Source of the DNA: Phoronis australis
Taxonomy: Eukaryota; Animalia; Phoronida
Assembly (NCBI GenBank): GCA_002633005.1
Contig: NMRA01001111.1
Location: 1-53,707, forward strand
DNA: 53,707 nucleotides
Reading direction: 5' to 3'
The position numbers and the translations under genes are program-made. Below, in pieces: positions 1-10,746 of the stretch (position 1 is the stretch's first letter; every line of letters starts with the position of its first letter). The notes beneath the pieces are model-generated. The model searched no databases, was not told where the DNA came from, and saw nothing but the letters and a program-made list of their open reading frames with translations.

Positions 1-241
1 TTTAGTGATATCTTTCGATTGGCAAAGCTCAATTTGTGATCTAAGCAGGCGAAAGTAAAGGAAATAGTGACTTTAACATGCACAACGGATATACAAGTGT
101 GCAATGCGAGTGTTTGCAAAAATGATTTTTTTCAATTAATACATTTAAGTTAATTCATCTCACTCCTACATGTTATTCTAAGCATAAACTTTGCTAGAAT
201 TTATACCCAGTAGTCCCGAAACTACTTTTTTGAGTATCAAC

Positions 242-394
242 CTCTGTATACGTGAATGTTGTCTTCAGTCACGGTTGTCATTTGTAACTCTTGAGCCCTT
301 GAAATACGTCCCTTTGGGAGAGCAACAATGAGATCTACCAAGTCAAATCCCCGGAAAACTTCAATAGCGGAGCTCCCGATGTCGCCGGTAGTGG
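242..394 (-). CDS. THNSL2: Threonine synthase-like gene, coding exon 3 (gene continues beyond window start)
   Basis: Acceptor TTACAG, then TTTGDIGSSAIEVFRGFDLVDLIVALPKGRISRAQELQMTTVTEDNIHVYR, matching the threonine synthase family. The donor GTTGAT at 241 is weak, so the end is less certain. Confidence 0.8.
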
Positions 395-769
395 CTGTAA
401 AGCAAAAGCGTGCACGTGCGTTATATGGCCTAGACTATAAACTTCTCAATTCTGTCTAGGTATGACAAAAATCATATTTGTGTAACTTACTCCTTAAGTT
501 CCATGAACGCTTTTGATTAAGCTCATTCATTCGAGTTTTGTGGATTTTCCAGAATATTTATCATACTTGTTTCTGCAGAATTTTTTCTCGACTGAACAAA
601 GCTAACATTTCTGTATTTTTGGGTTTTTGCAAGGAATATTCGCGATTCCTGAGAAAAATACACAAAGTGACTCACACGAACAGGCCTATAGACATCAAAT
701 CAAGCCTCTATTTAAGTCTTAAAAGTGACCAAGAATGCTGCATTCTAAATTATATCAACATTCTCTACT

Positions 770-1210
770 ATGATTTTTTGTGCATGGTATTGAACTTTAA
801 AGAAGATTCTAGCGCCACAGGTATTATGGGGATATTAGCTATGGATAGTAATGGCAAGGTATGAGGGAGATCAGGAGATCAACACTGTATTTGATAGCCA
901 GCAACTTTACCTTAAAAAAAATCATTCACGCCAAAATTAGATCTATATGGGGGCAGACGTCAAGCCAGAGTAAAAAGCACAAAGATTAAGAGCAGTAACC
1001 AGTACCTTCTTGGTACCGTGTTCAAGGTTCTTGCATTGTCTGTAAATGAATTTAACCTAGGCTTGTATTTGCCTTCTCGAGGAGTGTTCGCTATTATCTC
1101 ACCAGAGAGATCGTTCAGCTCAACCCCTAGATATTTGATAGTTTTCAGAGTTGACGGTATTTTCACTTTACCCCCCCTATTCCCCATATGAACACACAAA
1201 CGATTTTCCA
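770..1210 (-). mobile_element. Decayed non-LTR retrotransposon (CR1/L2-like) RT fragment in a THNSL2 intron
   Basis: IKYLGV motif in ORF 960-1211 and a downstream PSYL...HNT-like remnant. Heavily degenerate. Confidence 0.3.
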
Positions 1211-1509
1211 CCAGCCATTTACATATAGTACGTTGTCAGCGCTTGATGTCCTCTGTTTTTTTGCACGATCAAAAACAACGCAAAGTCGTCTGCAGAGAGG
1301 AAATATACTATAAGGGCAGGGGAGGAAGTGACGGCGATAAACAGTAATCTAATACGTGGGACCACTGGGATGGAAAGTTGAGCGAAGTCAAATTAGTTTG
1401 TGCATACCAATACTGTTTACTTCCCCACGGCCCTGCATATAAATAACGTCAGGAAGGGATTCCTTCCTGATAACCTATAATATTTGAGGAGAGTGAAGAA
1501 TAGACTTAC

Positions 1510-1704
1510 TGATGAAAATGTTTACGTGTTTCTTCTGCTTTTCAAGGAAATAGCTAAACGCTTGTCCGACAATTACCATGCCAAGATCTTTGAAAGATAG
1601 AGACGGTCCGTGGAAGCATTCTAACACATTTAAACCATTCTTCATTTTTTTCAGAGGAACTATGGTTCTGTGAGTGAGCCTTGCCATTGCTTTGTCAACA
1701 ACTT
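1510..1704 (-). CDS. THNSL2: Threonine synthase-like gene, coding exon 2
   Basis: TTTTCAG acceptor and GTAAGT donor. Encodes KVVDKAMAR...LECFHGPSLSFKDLG (PLP-lysine motif FHGPxxxFKD)...KHVNIFI. Phase is compatible with neighbouring exons. Confidence 0.9.
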
Positions 1705-2171
1705 CTGAAAATGCACAGCAAAAGTGGTGAGCAAGCGAGCAAACTTTGTTTCTTCTACAGAACTAAGTGTTAGACTTAACTGAAATGTCAGACACAGGTA
1801 GTAACTGGTCTCAGTCTCTCAAATACTGACCTAAAGGTCTGTGATAAGACATAAATGTATGTGATTTAATGGAGAACTTTTAGATTAAAATTTTCTGGCG
1901 ATTATCCAAGCCACCAACACACGGAGAATACTTTTATGGACGAATATTTCCGTTTCATGTATGAAATACACCGAAATCAATAACAACAGAAAACATTCCA
2001 ACACACATTAAACGATAATGGAGAGACAGATGAAATGAATGGTTCTTATGAAGGAGCTGATGCTCAGCGGATAATACATAAGATTCATCGACGGCTTGCA
2101 CCGAATATTGTTCGTCTACGTGTATGCGCATGACTTCGCCTTCAATACGCTAAAAGAATTCAAGTACATAC

Positions 2172-2394
2172 TGTTCAGGTCAGTCCTTGGGATGTCTTCT
2201 TCCGTCAGGAATAGCGCTAAGACTTCTTTGACGATGTCAATGTAATCAAACGTTGACCATTTCTTTATGGTTTCTGCGGACACGCAGGGGATTTCATTCG
2301 GCAAGAACACTCCTCCATCCATAGCTGAGCCCATGAGCAGACATTTTTCCAAGGACACATCATTGACACCACCCCTAGTGCTACTGAACTTCAT
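2172..2394 (-). CDS. THNSL2: Threonine synthase-like gene, first coding exon
   Basis: MKFSSTRGGVNDVSLEKCLLMGSAMDGGVFLPNEIP is the threonine synthase N-terminal motif (STRG...DGG.F.P). GTATGT donor. Confidence 0.9.
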
Positions 2395-2879
2395 TTGGCC
2401 CGTGGAGAAGAAACCAACGTAAATGGAAGTATACCTGCCTGCGATGAATTAGAATATTAGTTGATTCCGTAATTGCATGGCACATGTACTTGTAGGGAGG
2501 GATCAAATAGAGACTATAGTACGTTTTAAGATCTACATGGGTATGGCAGTACACGGTGGTGCAAGCGGGACCATGCTGCGCTTAACCCATTTTGCAGAAT
2601 GGTGCTTCGATCCGTGGCAGAAACGGCGATTTGATGAAGGGTTCTCCATCTTGTGAGCACATGACGGACAAAACTAAAATAGTGTATTGTGTCATACTTC
2701 AAGTATTATCGCGCACATCCCGAAATCTCTGTTAATGTTTGTCAACCTTATTTACGTTCTTGGCGTGACTTACCAGACTTTTCGCTGCAAACCAAAGAAT
2801 GTCATGTCCTTTTCCGTTGACAAAACTTCCAACGCAAACTCTAGCCAGGCTACACTATAGACTGGGATCCCAGAGCTTT

Positions 2880-3962
2880 TTTGGGCATGAAAAGGTAACC
2901 AATTTTCTTTGGTGCCACAGTGCTCTATGGGTATCCTGATGCTTGGAAATGGTAGTCTGGCAGGTTTGCTTTGGTGGGTGTGGTCAGGGGAGCCAAGAGA
3001 ATGACAGTCAAAAATTGAGCTAGATCAACTTTTCTGTTAACCACTTCAAATTGCCTTGGATACCTACTGCGTAATCCACTGTATCAAAATTGGTCACTGC
3101 CAGACAATTTCAGTGGTGGGGAGTATCAGCCAGACGGTTATAAACAAGGTAAAAAAACTGCTGAGCTAGATCAATCCAAGAGGTAACCGCATAGAACCAG
3201 CTGCAAAATATTCACCGTGAGCCCAGGTATCACGAATGAACTCTGCCAGACAAATCTAGTGGTGGGTTAGCCCCGCAAGACACGCCCAAATACCCGAGTT
3301 GAGCTAGATCAATCCATCAGGTAACCGTTTGAAACCAATTGCACGATGTTCAGCATCACTATACATGGCACAACTGTTAGATGCCAGACAATTTCAGTGG
3401 TGGGGTGCCCCTGCCAGACGATTATCAAAAAGGGTTAAAATTTGAGCTAGATCAACCCAAGAGGTAACCGCTTAAAACCAGTTTCAAAATATTCACCATA
3501 AGCTCAGGTATCACGAATAAACACTGCCAGACAAATCTAGAGGTGGGTTAGCCCCGCCAGACATGCCCAAAGACCTAAGTTGAGCTAGATCAACCCACGA
3601 GGTAATTGTTTGAAACCAACTGCACAATGCTCAGCATTACTGCACATCGCACAAGAGTAAGATGCCAAACAATTTCAGCGGTGGGGTGTCCCTGCCAGAT
3701 GACTAAAGAAGCACTAAAATTTAAGGTAAATCAACCCAAGAGGTAACCGCATAGAACCAGTTGCAAAATATACGTAAGCACATGTATTATAAATAAACAC
3801 TACGGGACAAGTCTAGTTGTGGATTAGCAATGCCACACACGATCAAATATCTGAGTTCGACCAGATTTACCCACCAGGTAACAATTTGAAACCATTTGCA
3901 TAATGTCGAGCAACACTCTGCATGCAACAAAAGGTACTTTACAGACATTTTTAGCGGTGGGG
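2880..3962. repeat. Tandem satellite-like array, ~8 monomers of ~136-146 bp in an A/B dimer (~281 bp)
   Basis: GAGCTAGATCAA recurs at ~3017, 3163, 3301, 3444 and 3582 (degenerate at ~3724 and ~3857). AGGTAACC and TGCCAGACAATTTCAGTGGTGGG recur at the same spacing. Alternate units are more similar to each other. Confidence 0.85.
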
Positions 3963-4701
3963 CAGTAGCATGCAGGGGTTTGGTCGATACAGGGGCGACT
4001 TTTTATTAGACGCCCCTATCGCTCTACTCATCCTATTCAAGCCCATAGCCAGCATTGAGCGGGGAGTGGTTTGAATTTCAAGAACGGTGGACCTTTGGTA
4101 CTTAGCAAACGTCGATACTGTAAGGCCTTTGACTCAGCTTAATTAGGGGGAAGAGAACATTCTCACATTATCTCCTGCCAAAGTTTCAAATCAGCCATGC
4201 TTAAATGAGTGATTACACATCATTGCATACTCAAATAGAAATATGAAGTTTTGTCGGCGAATGACTTCACAAAATTGTTTATCCGATGTATTTTAGCGTG
4301 TTACTTAAGTTGCTTACATTGCTGGAAATCAGGAACCTCCCGTTATTTCAAAGGTTATATCAACAAGTAGGTCACGGTGCTCCATATCTGCCTCCATGTA
4401 AAACCCACGTCGATAAATTACCCGATTTCAGTTAACTATAAGACAATTTTGTGTTATAAGTCGTTACCTTAGTCTATATTTATAAGTTTGTAATCTTTTT
4501 GTCTTAATTTATCGCTGATAAATCATTTTTGTAAGCTTTTTTAGCGCACGATTTTCCGCCATGCGATCAACTTTCGAAAAAATACCTCTTGTCCCTCCTA
4601 TCCAAAAGAGCACTATACTCTCAAATACAAACATGAAATTTGGACAGGATGTAGTTGAGATGCGTGCGCATCTCCTCAAGTTGTTTTTTCGAAGTCAAGG
4701 T

Positions 4702-5547
4702 CAAGTTTTCATGACGAGTTTTCGATCGTCCGGAAGGCCTAATTTTGGTCGGTCGGGAGATTGATGTTTTTCCAGTTGCGCAATATGCCCCCCNCCCCCC
4801 CCGATATTTAGATGAGGAATTTATCAATCTTTTAATTGGTATTTTTTTCATTTTCAGATATTCTGTCAAACTGCTGCGCATAGGCACTTTTCAAACAGCA
4901 GTCGTTAGTTCACTATGTCGCCGCATGTCAGCGCCAGCAGCGGCTACGTTGAAGTTCAATGGCATCGCAACTTCACCATTCGAAATAAAGTTGTTGCAAA
5001 GTATTTGATGCGTAAATGATGAAATCCTTCATGTTAAGAGTGATTTGTTTTCCCAAATGGTCTTTTGTCTACTTTCTGATGCTTTTTGCCTTGATACGAT
5101 CTAATAGTACATGGGTGGCACCAGCACTGAAAAACGTGGGAGCTATACTATCCCCCAGTCCCCTGTCACTGTCAGGCAATGATCTGTGTTGCCCATGTAG
5201 TAGTATTCAGGGGCAGATCTAGGATTTTTAGATAGGAGGGGGAGCAGGGCAGAGCATTACGCAGGATTTTACCCGTAAGATATTTGCACCCTCAAACTGC
5301 CAAATGAAATCTGGGAGTTTTAGGGGGGCCACAGGCTGGCCCCCTTGCCCCCAAATCCACCAATGTGATCTTGTGATTGACGAGTGTGAAATTTCCTCCT
5401 AGCTCAGATGTATTTATTTCTGATCTGATGTAGTGTCTATGCTCTTTACCTTTTAAGCTGTGTAATCCATTGTTTTCATCAAACATGATGAGCCTGTTCT
5501 CGGCTATATGCTAACAACACACTTAAACAGCAATATCTCTGTAGAAA
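4702..5547 (+). repeat. Left arm of a ~850-bp dispersed inverted repeat (partner 14663-15509); probable DNA-transposon end
   Basis: CAAGTTTTCATGACGAGTTTTCGATCGTCCGGAAGGCCT... is reverse-complementary to 15420-15509. Colinear inverted similarity continues to ~5547/14663. Confidence 0.85.
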
Positions 5548-5952
5548 CACAGGCGTCCTCAGCTTCTGATCGTCCCCAATACACTACATATAATACTACA
5601 AGGTATGACAATCCCGACTAGAAATTCCACGGGTGCTTCACTTCAGCCGTCCGTAGCAAATATAAAACTCAACAAATTTACACAAAACAGAGGTTCAACA
5701 AACCATGAAGAATTGTTCTTTCTCCCAATACCATTCACGGTGTCTTGTTCCGGCGACTTCGTAAGAAATTCGCAGTCGAAGAACAAAAATGTTCACAAAA
5801 AGCCGCCGCACATTTTCATCGTGGGCCGCTCGAGGTCAAGGACGGTACGGAAATTGCCGGTGAGTTACGGAAGTACTCAATAGTTTTTCTACTGGCGGCC
5901 AAGTGTAGAGTTATCGACATCGTGACTTTACGCGACAAACCGGCAATTTCCG

Positions 5953-6966
5953 TAGTTGCAAGAGCTGGCTACGGGCATAGAATACAGGGTTTACAGAACA
6001 TCAACCTCGGGAAACATCGTAACAGGAAAACGTCAGTTCTGGGTTATATCGGTCCCGGGACATCGGGTCTTTTATAACCGCTGGGAATCTGAGTTCAATT
6101 TCAAATAAACCAGAGCCAAGCCTGTATACTCTTTCATTTAGGACTGTCGCTGTTCTTTGAAGTGGTGTGCACGCGTGAGTTCACGCACTTGAATCACTGG
6201 AGTAGGCCTACGCTTTACCTTGGCAACAACATGTGAAAGACAAATCATATTTCGCGCACGTAGCCCCAGAAACAAGTAAAGGGTTTAAGAATTTCTTGGC
6301 AACTGAAAGTAAAGATGTGAAGGTCGTTTGCCGATTAATAAGGTTGTCATTTTCACTTTGGCTGTCTTAATACAATAAAAAGGAGAAACACATCTCAGTC
6401 TAAGTCACGATTGTCTGCCGGGACCGCGTGCGTGCTAACGGTGCTGCAGTACGATATCGGGGATATTGTCGTGGATATTTGGTACATGTAATAAGGATAT
6501 CTTTTGTGAAAAATAAACATTTTTGTCCACCACAAAGTTTGGAAAGTTGATCGCTTGAGAATTAATAGAAACACCGTTGTTTTGTGAAGTTTTATCACGT
6601 GTTAAGCAGTGGCCCGAAACTTTCTTCGGCGAATCCGGGAATTTACAAAAGTGGCCGAAAGTGTTAGCCAATGAAACGCGTCAAAGATCGATTCTGCATA
6701 TCACATGTTCACGCGACTTGCTTACAAGTCATCGGGAGGGCTGTTCTCTGTTAGTGTTCTTTTGGCAACAACCAAATAACGGTTGGATTAACAAGAGCTG
6801 CTTTGTATTTGCCAGGTATCTGTTGAGAAGTGTAAAAACTCAACTCGCATTCGTTGGAAATTCCAGGTCGCATTTTGTGACTTGATACGAGCTGACAAAA
6901 ATCTCAGCTCGCATTTCCAAATTTCAGGTCGCATTTGCGACCTGCAGCTCGTTATGTTGAGCCCTG
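5953..6966 (+). mobile_element. Truncated copy (right ~1 kb) of the hAT-like non-autonomous element at 25231-27411
   Basis: Colinear similarity to ~26386-27411. Ends in the TIR GTTGAGCCCTG with AGGTCGCATTT/AGCTCGCATT subterminal repeats. Confidence 0.9.
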
Positions 6967-7118
6967 TATGCGCAAAAGGTATTTATAACAACGTGACTTT
7001 GATGGTTTAGTCGGTGCGAGGCATAATTCGCCGAAAAGCTTCCGGCGCACAGAGCGCCTATAGCCTCTGCATCACCTCTGCTTCGGGCCAACAAAGGCGA
7101 TGGTCATTGCCTAGTCAA
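6967..7118 (+). repeat. ~150-bp repeat unit; inverted copy at 13085-13240, direct copy at 13290-13430
   Basis: TATGCGCAAAAGGTATTTATAACAACGTG...GGCGATGGTCATTGCCTAG is shared by all three copies. Confidence 0.85.
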
Positions 7119-7211
7119 ATCTGAGAGTAATTTAACTCAAACATTTTATCTGCGACAGCAACACGTTCATTGCTTCCATTTGTTGACATCAAAACCAATA
7201 CATATCATAAA

Positions 7212-10187
7212 TGTAGTGATAGCTGGCCATTATAAGTGTGTATAAAACGACGACTGGAGTCTGACATATAACACATGTATTCACTTGGCTAGTGAGAGGG
7301 AATCACTACGCGATACTACTACATCCCTCCTGTCACAAAGGTAAAGGGTGACAAACTATGAACACTAACGAGCATAACTGGCTTAGTCTAATAGGAACAA
7401 CAGTGTATGTTACTGGTGAATGTTTCTTATAACTGTCACTAGTCATAATCACACAAAGTCCTTGAATTGTTCGGGTCGGGAAGTCTTTCTTCCTGATCTC
7501 CTGGGTGCGTTCAGCTGAACGGTAGTGGTGGTAGTGGTGGTAGGTTTGTCCTTGTCAGCTGCTGGAACTGTTGCATCGCTAAAATGCACACGCCTTGGGG
7601 TAGAGTCACGCAGTTGACATCTTGTTCTCCTGAGATGGGTACCGTTGGGGGTACACACAATGTAGCGGTCCGGGTTGCCATCCTTGTCGACAATCGTGCC
7701 AGGGGACCACGTTTTCTTCTCCTTATTTAGAATACAGACGTTCTGGCCTGGGAGCAGCGGTGGAAGACTACGTGAGCTAGATTGCTGCTATTGTGTGCAC
7801 ATGTCGTTGGCTCTTGCTTCTAGCTGCTGACGATGCTCATCCCGTCCAGGAACAGAGTGACTAGGGAGATTGGTAACAACTGGGCGACCAAAGAGAAGTT
7901 CCGCTGGAGACGGAAGTTTCGCGTCTATGGGTGTGGCTCTTAGCTGGAGCAGTGCAAGTGCGATGTCAGACTTTTGAAGAAAACACTTCTTGACCACTGA
8001 TTTGATATGACGGACATGTCTTTCTATGAAGCCATTGCCGCGGGGATAGTGGGGTGAGCTTGTGACATGGTTTATGTCCCATGACGATATGAATTCTCTG
8101 AATGAAGGTCCAGTGTACTGGGGTCCATTGTCCGTCATAATCTCGTCGGGTCTTCCGAACAGAGCACTATAATCTCTTATCTTCTTTGTTACAGCTTGGC
8201 TTGTGGCTGAAGTGCCCATCTCGTCAAGCAGAGGGAACTTGGAGTATCTGTCTACGGTCAGCAAGTACTGTCTGACGTCGACTTCAAACAGGTCAGAGGC
8301 AATAAGTTGCCATGGTCGTGAGGGAACGTCGTGTGGTGTGATGCCTCCACGAGGGTTGGCATCCTGGAATTCTTGACAGAGTGGACAAGACTTGCACAGC
8401 CTTTCGATATCGGCGCTTATTCCGACCCAGTATACGCTCTCGCGGGCCAATCTTCTTGTCTTCTCCACACCTTGGTGGCTGTCATGAAGTTGTCGCAAGA
8501 CGTCTTCCTTTATCGTGTTTGGGATAATGATTTGTCGTCCCTTGAACAGAACACCTGCTTCGACGGCTAATTCGTCTCTAAACGACCAGTAGGGTCTTGC
8601 ACGTTCGGGCAGGTCTTTGATGTTCTCTGGCCATCCTTGGTAAACGATCTCCTTGATAAAGTTGAGTACTGGATCACGTGCGGTTTCTTCTCACAGGCGG
8701 GTTTGTTTGGATTCTGAGAAGTTGACGATGGCAGTTGTTATGTCAATGGCATTGATTCTCTCATCGAGTTCTATATCTGAGTCGTTCTCGGGGTTTGGTA
8801 GTCGACTGAGGGTGTCGGGGAGTGTCATCTGGCTGCCAGGTCTGTAGATGATCTCAAAATTGTACCCCTGTATCTTCACTAGCATTCGTTGGAGTCTTGG
8901 GGGTGCAGAGTGGAGTGGCTTGGAGCATATGGTGACTAGTGGCTTGTGGTCCGTAACGATGACAAATGCTTTGCCGTATAGGTATGTGTGGTATCTCTGT
9001 ACTCCGTACACTATAGCCAACATCTCCCTCTCGATGTTTGAGTAGCGGGATTGACAGGCGGTGAGTGTCTTTGAGCCGAAGGCCACAGGTTGTCCGTCTT
9101 GGGTAAGAGCGACTCCGAGTCCTTTTTGAGAGGCGTCGACCTCTAGGGTGAGGGTCTTTGTCGCATCGTAGTACGACAGTGTGCAGTCAGGAGTAACCAG
9201 GGTTTTCAATTCCTGGTAGCACTTCTCATATGACTGATCCCATGTCCATACAGTGTCAGCTTTTAGGAGACAGCGTAACGGGTGGGCCTTCTCAGCCAAG
9301 TTAGGTATGTACTGGGACAAGTAGGTGAGCATGCCCATAAACCGTTGTAGATCTTCCTTGGACTGGGGGGAGGGCATGTGATGGATGTCGTGGATTTTAG
9401 AGGGGTCAGGCTGGATGCCCTTGTCGGTGTAAAGATTGCCAAAGAAGGATATACTGGTCTGTTTAATTACGCACTTAGAGCTGTTGAAAACGAGGCCGCA
9501 CTTCGCTGCCCGGGCCATCAACCGGCGAAGGTTTTCGTCATGTTCCTGTGCGGTTGCGCCAAAAACGGCGACGTCATCGGCGATTCCTACGACACCAGGT
9601 AGGCCCTCCAGGATCTGATCCATCCGAGCTTGAAAGATGTCCTGGGAGACACAAAGCCCGAAAGGAAGTCTAGTCCAACAGACCCATCCAAAGGGGGTGC
9701 GGCAGGTGGTGAGGAGTTGTGATTTCTCGTCTAGGTGGACCGACCAGTAGCCGGCTTTGGCGTCGAGCATGCTGAAGATCTTTGCATGCGCGAAGTGGGG
9801 TTGGAGCTCTTCCAGGGTAGGAATCTTGTGAGGGCATCTCTTGAGACTGGCGTTGAGCCTCTGGGGGTCTATGCAGACTCTGATGGACCCATCTTTCTTG
9901 ACGCTATACGCGAGACTGGAACACCAATCGGTGTGTTCGTCAACCTTGCGAATTATACCATTCCTTTCCATGCCGTCAAGTTCAGCCTTAAGTTTCTCGC
10001 GCATGTGGATGCTGACTTTTCTGGGTGGGTCGATGAATGGATGTTGAAAGACGTACAGGTTTACCGCTGCCACCATGTAGTGATAGCTGGCCGTTATAAG
10101 TGTGTATAAAACGACGACTGGAGTCTGACATATAACACATGTATTCACTTGGCTAGTGAGAGGGAATCACTACGCGATACTACTACA
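7212..10187 (-). mobile_element. Ty3/Gypsy (Mag-like) LTR retrotransposon, internally deleted (pol only), complete ends
   Basis: LTRs at 10076-10187 and 7212-7323 (112 bp, 1 mismatch, TGTAGT...ACTACA). PBS TGGTGGCAGCGGT. PPT GGAGGGA. 5-bp TSD ATAAA at 7207-7211 and 10188-10192. Confidence 0.95.
7449..10076 (-). pseudogene. pol reading frame (RT, RNase H, integrase) with two in-frame stops: TGA 8691-8693 and TAG 7788-7790
   Basis: RT motifs LDAKAGYW, RLPFGL and GIADDV. RNase H motifs EVDASQKGLG, NIEREMLAI and TDHKPL. Integrase HHCC (LHDSHQG...CPLC) and DDE (SDLF, TDNGPQY, FIERH). ORFs 8691-10148, 7788-8498 and 7449-7658 are all in the same frame. Confidence 0.92.
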
Positions 10188-10250
10188 ATAAATACCTCCA
10201 GAACTTCCTATAGTTCAATCGTCAACATTCACGACAAAGCGAAAAGCAAG

Positions 10251-10581
10251 AAGGCCTCATATCAGTTTCGTCTAATGCGCATGCTCATAAGGCCCCTCGT
10301 GACATGTTCAGAGCGCTTACATCAACTAAAATCAGCAACATTATTTATATGTTACTCTATGAGCACGCTGATTGGGTACAGCAAAAATAGGTCAAACTTT
10401 CAAGAGGTCACAGACAACCCTGCTTTTTCACATGCTCATGCGAGGTAGGACGACATATTCATAAATTACTGTCAAGAGCCTCTTCGCTGAATGTTGCTGT
10501 TTTTAGTTGATGTAAGCGCTCTGAACATGTCGCGAGGGTCCTTATGAGCATGCGCATTAGACGAAACTGATATGAGGCCTT
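10251..10581. mobile_element. MITE/foldback element with ~90-bp terminal inverted repeats
   Basis: AAGGCCTCATATCAGTTTCGTCTAATGCGCATGCTCATAAGG...CAGCAACATT (10251-10342) is inverted at ~10490-10581. Confidence 0.85.
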
Positions 10582-10734
10582 TGTAGTAATAGCCGAGATT
10601 ACCCGACCCGGGGATCGAACCCGCGACCCCCATAAAACCCGGCAAGCGTGCTAACCATTCAGCTAATAGGCAATTGCTCGTTAGCGAGTAGCTAACAGAG
10701 GCTCATATAATTCACCGGAAGCACATCTACAACA
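10582..10734 (-). mobile_element. 153-bp LTR-like sequence containing a tRNA-like Pol III promoter, preceded by a polypurine tract
   Basis: On the minus strand: GGAAAGGGGGGAA|TGTTGTAG...ATTACTACA. A box TAGCTGAATGG (10655-10665) and B box GGTTCGATCCC (10611-10621). Confidence 0.7.
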
Positions 10735-10746
10735 TTCCCCCCTTTC

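Noticed and set aside
2880-3962. CRISPR-like array with conserved GAGCTAGATCAA
   Set aside because: The intervening sequences are homologous to each other, so this is a satellite.
5605-6885. ORFs similar to those at 26286-27032
   Set aside because: The similarity comes from a duplicated non-coding transposon. The frames are not conserved between copies.
10077-10148. N-terminal 24 aa of the 485-aa ORF (and ORFs 10149-10448, 12230-12484, 12297-12527)
   Set aside because: These are translations of LTR/UTR sequence, partly from non-ATG starts, and are not credible proteins.
10595-10675. Functional tRNA gene
   Set aside because: A and B boxes are present but the anticodon arm is not canonical, and the sequence is embedded in LTR-like ends.
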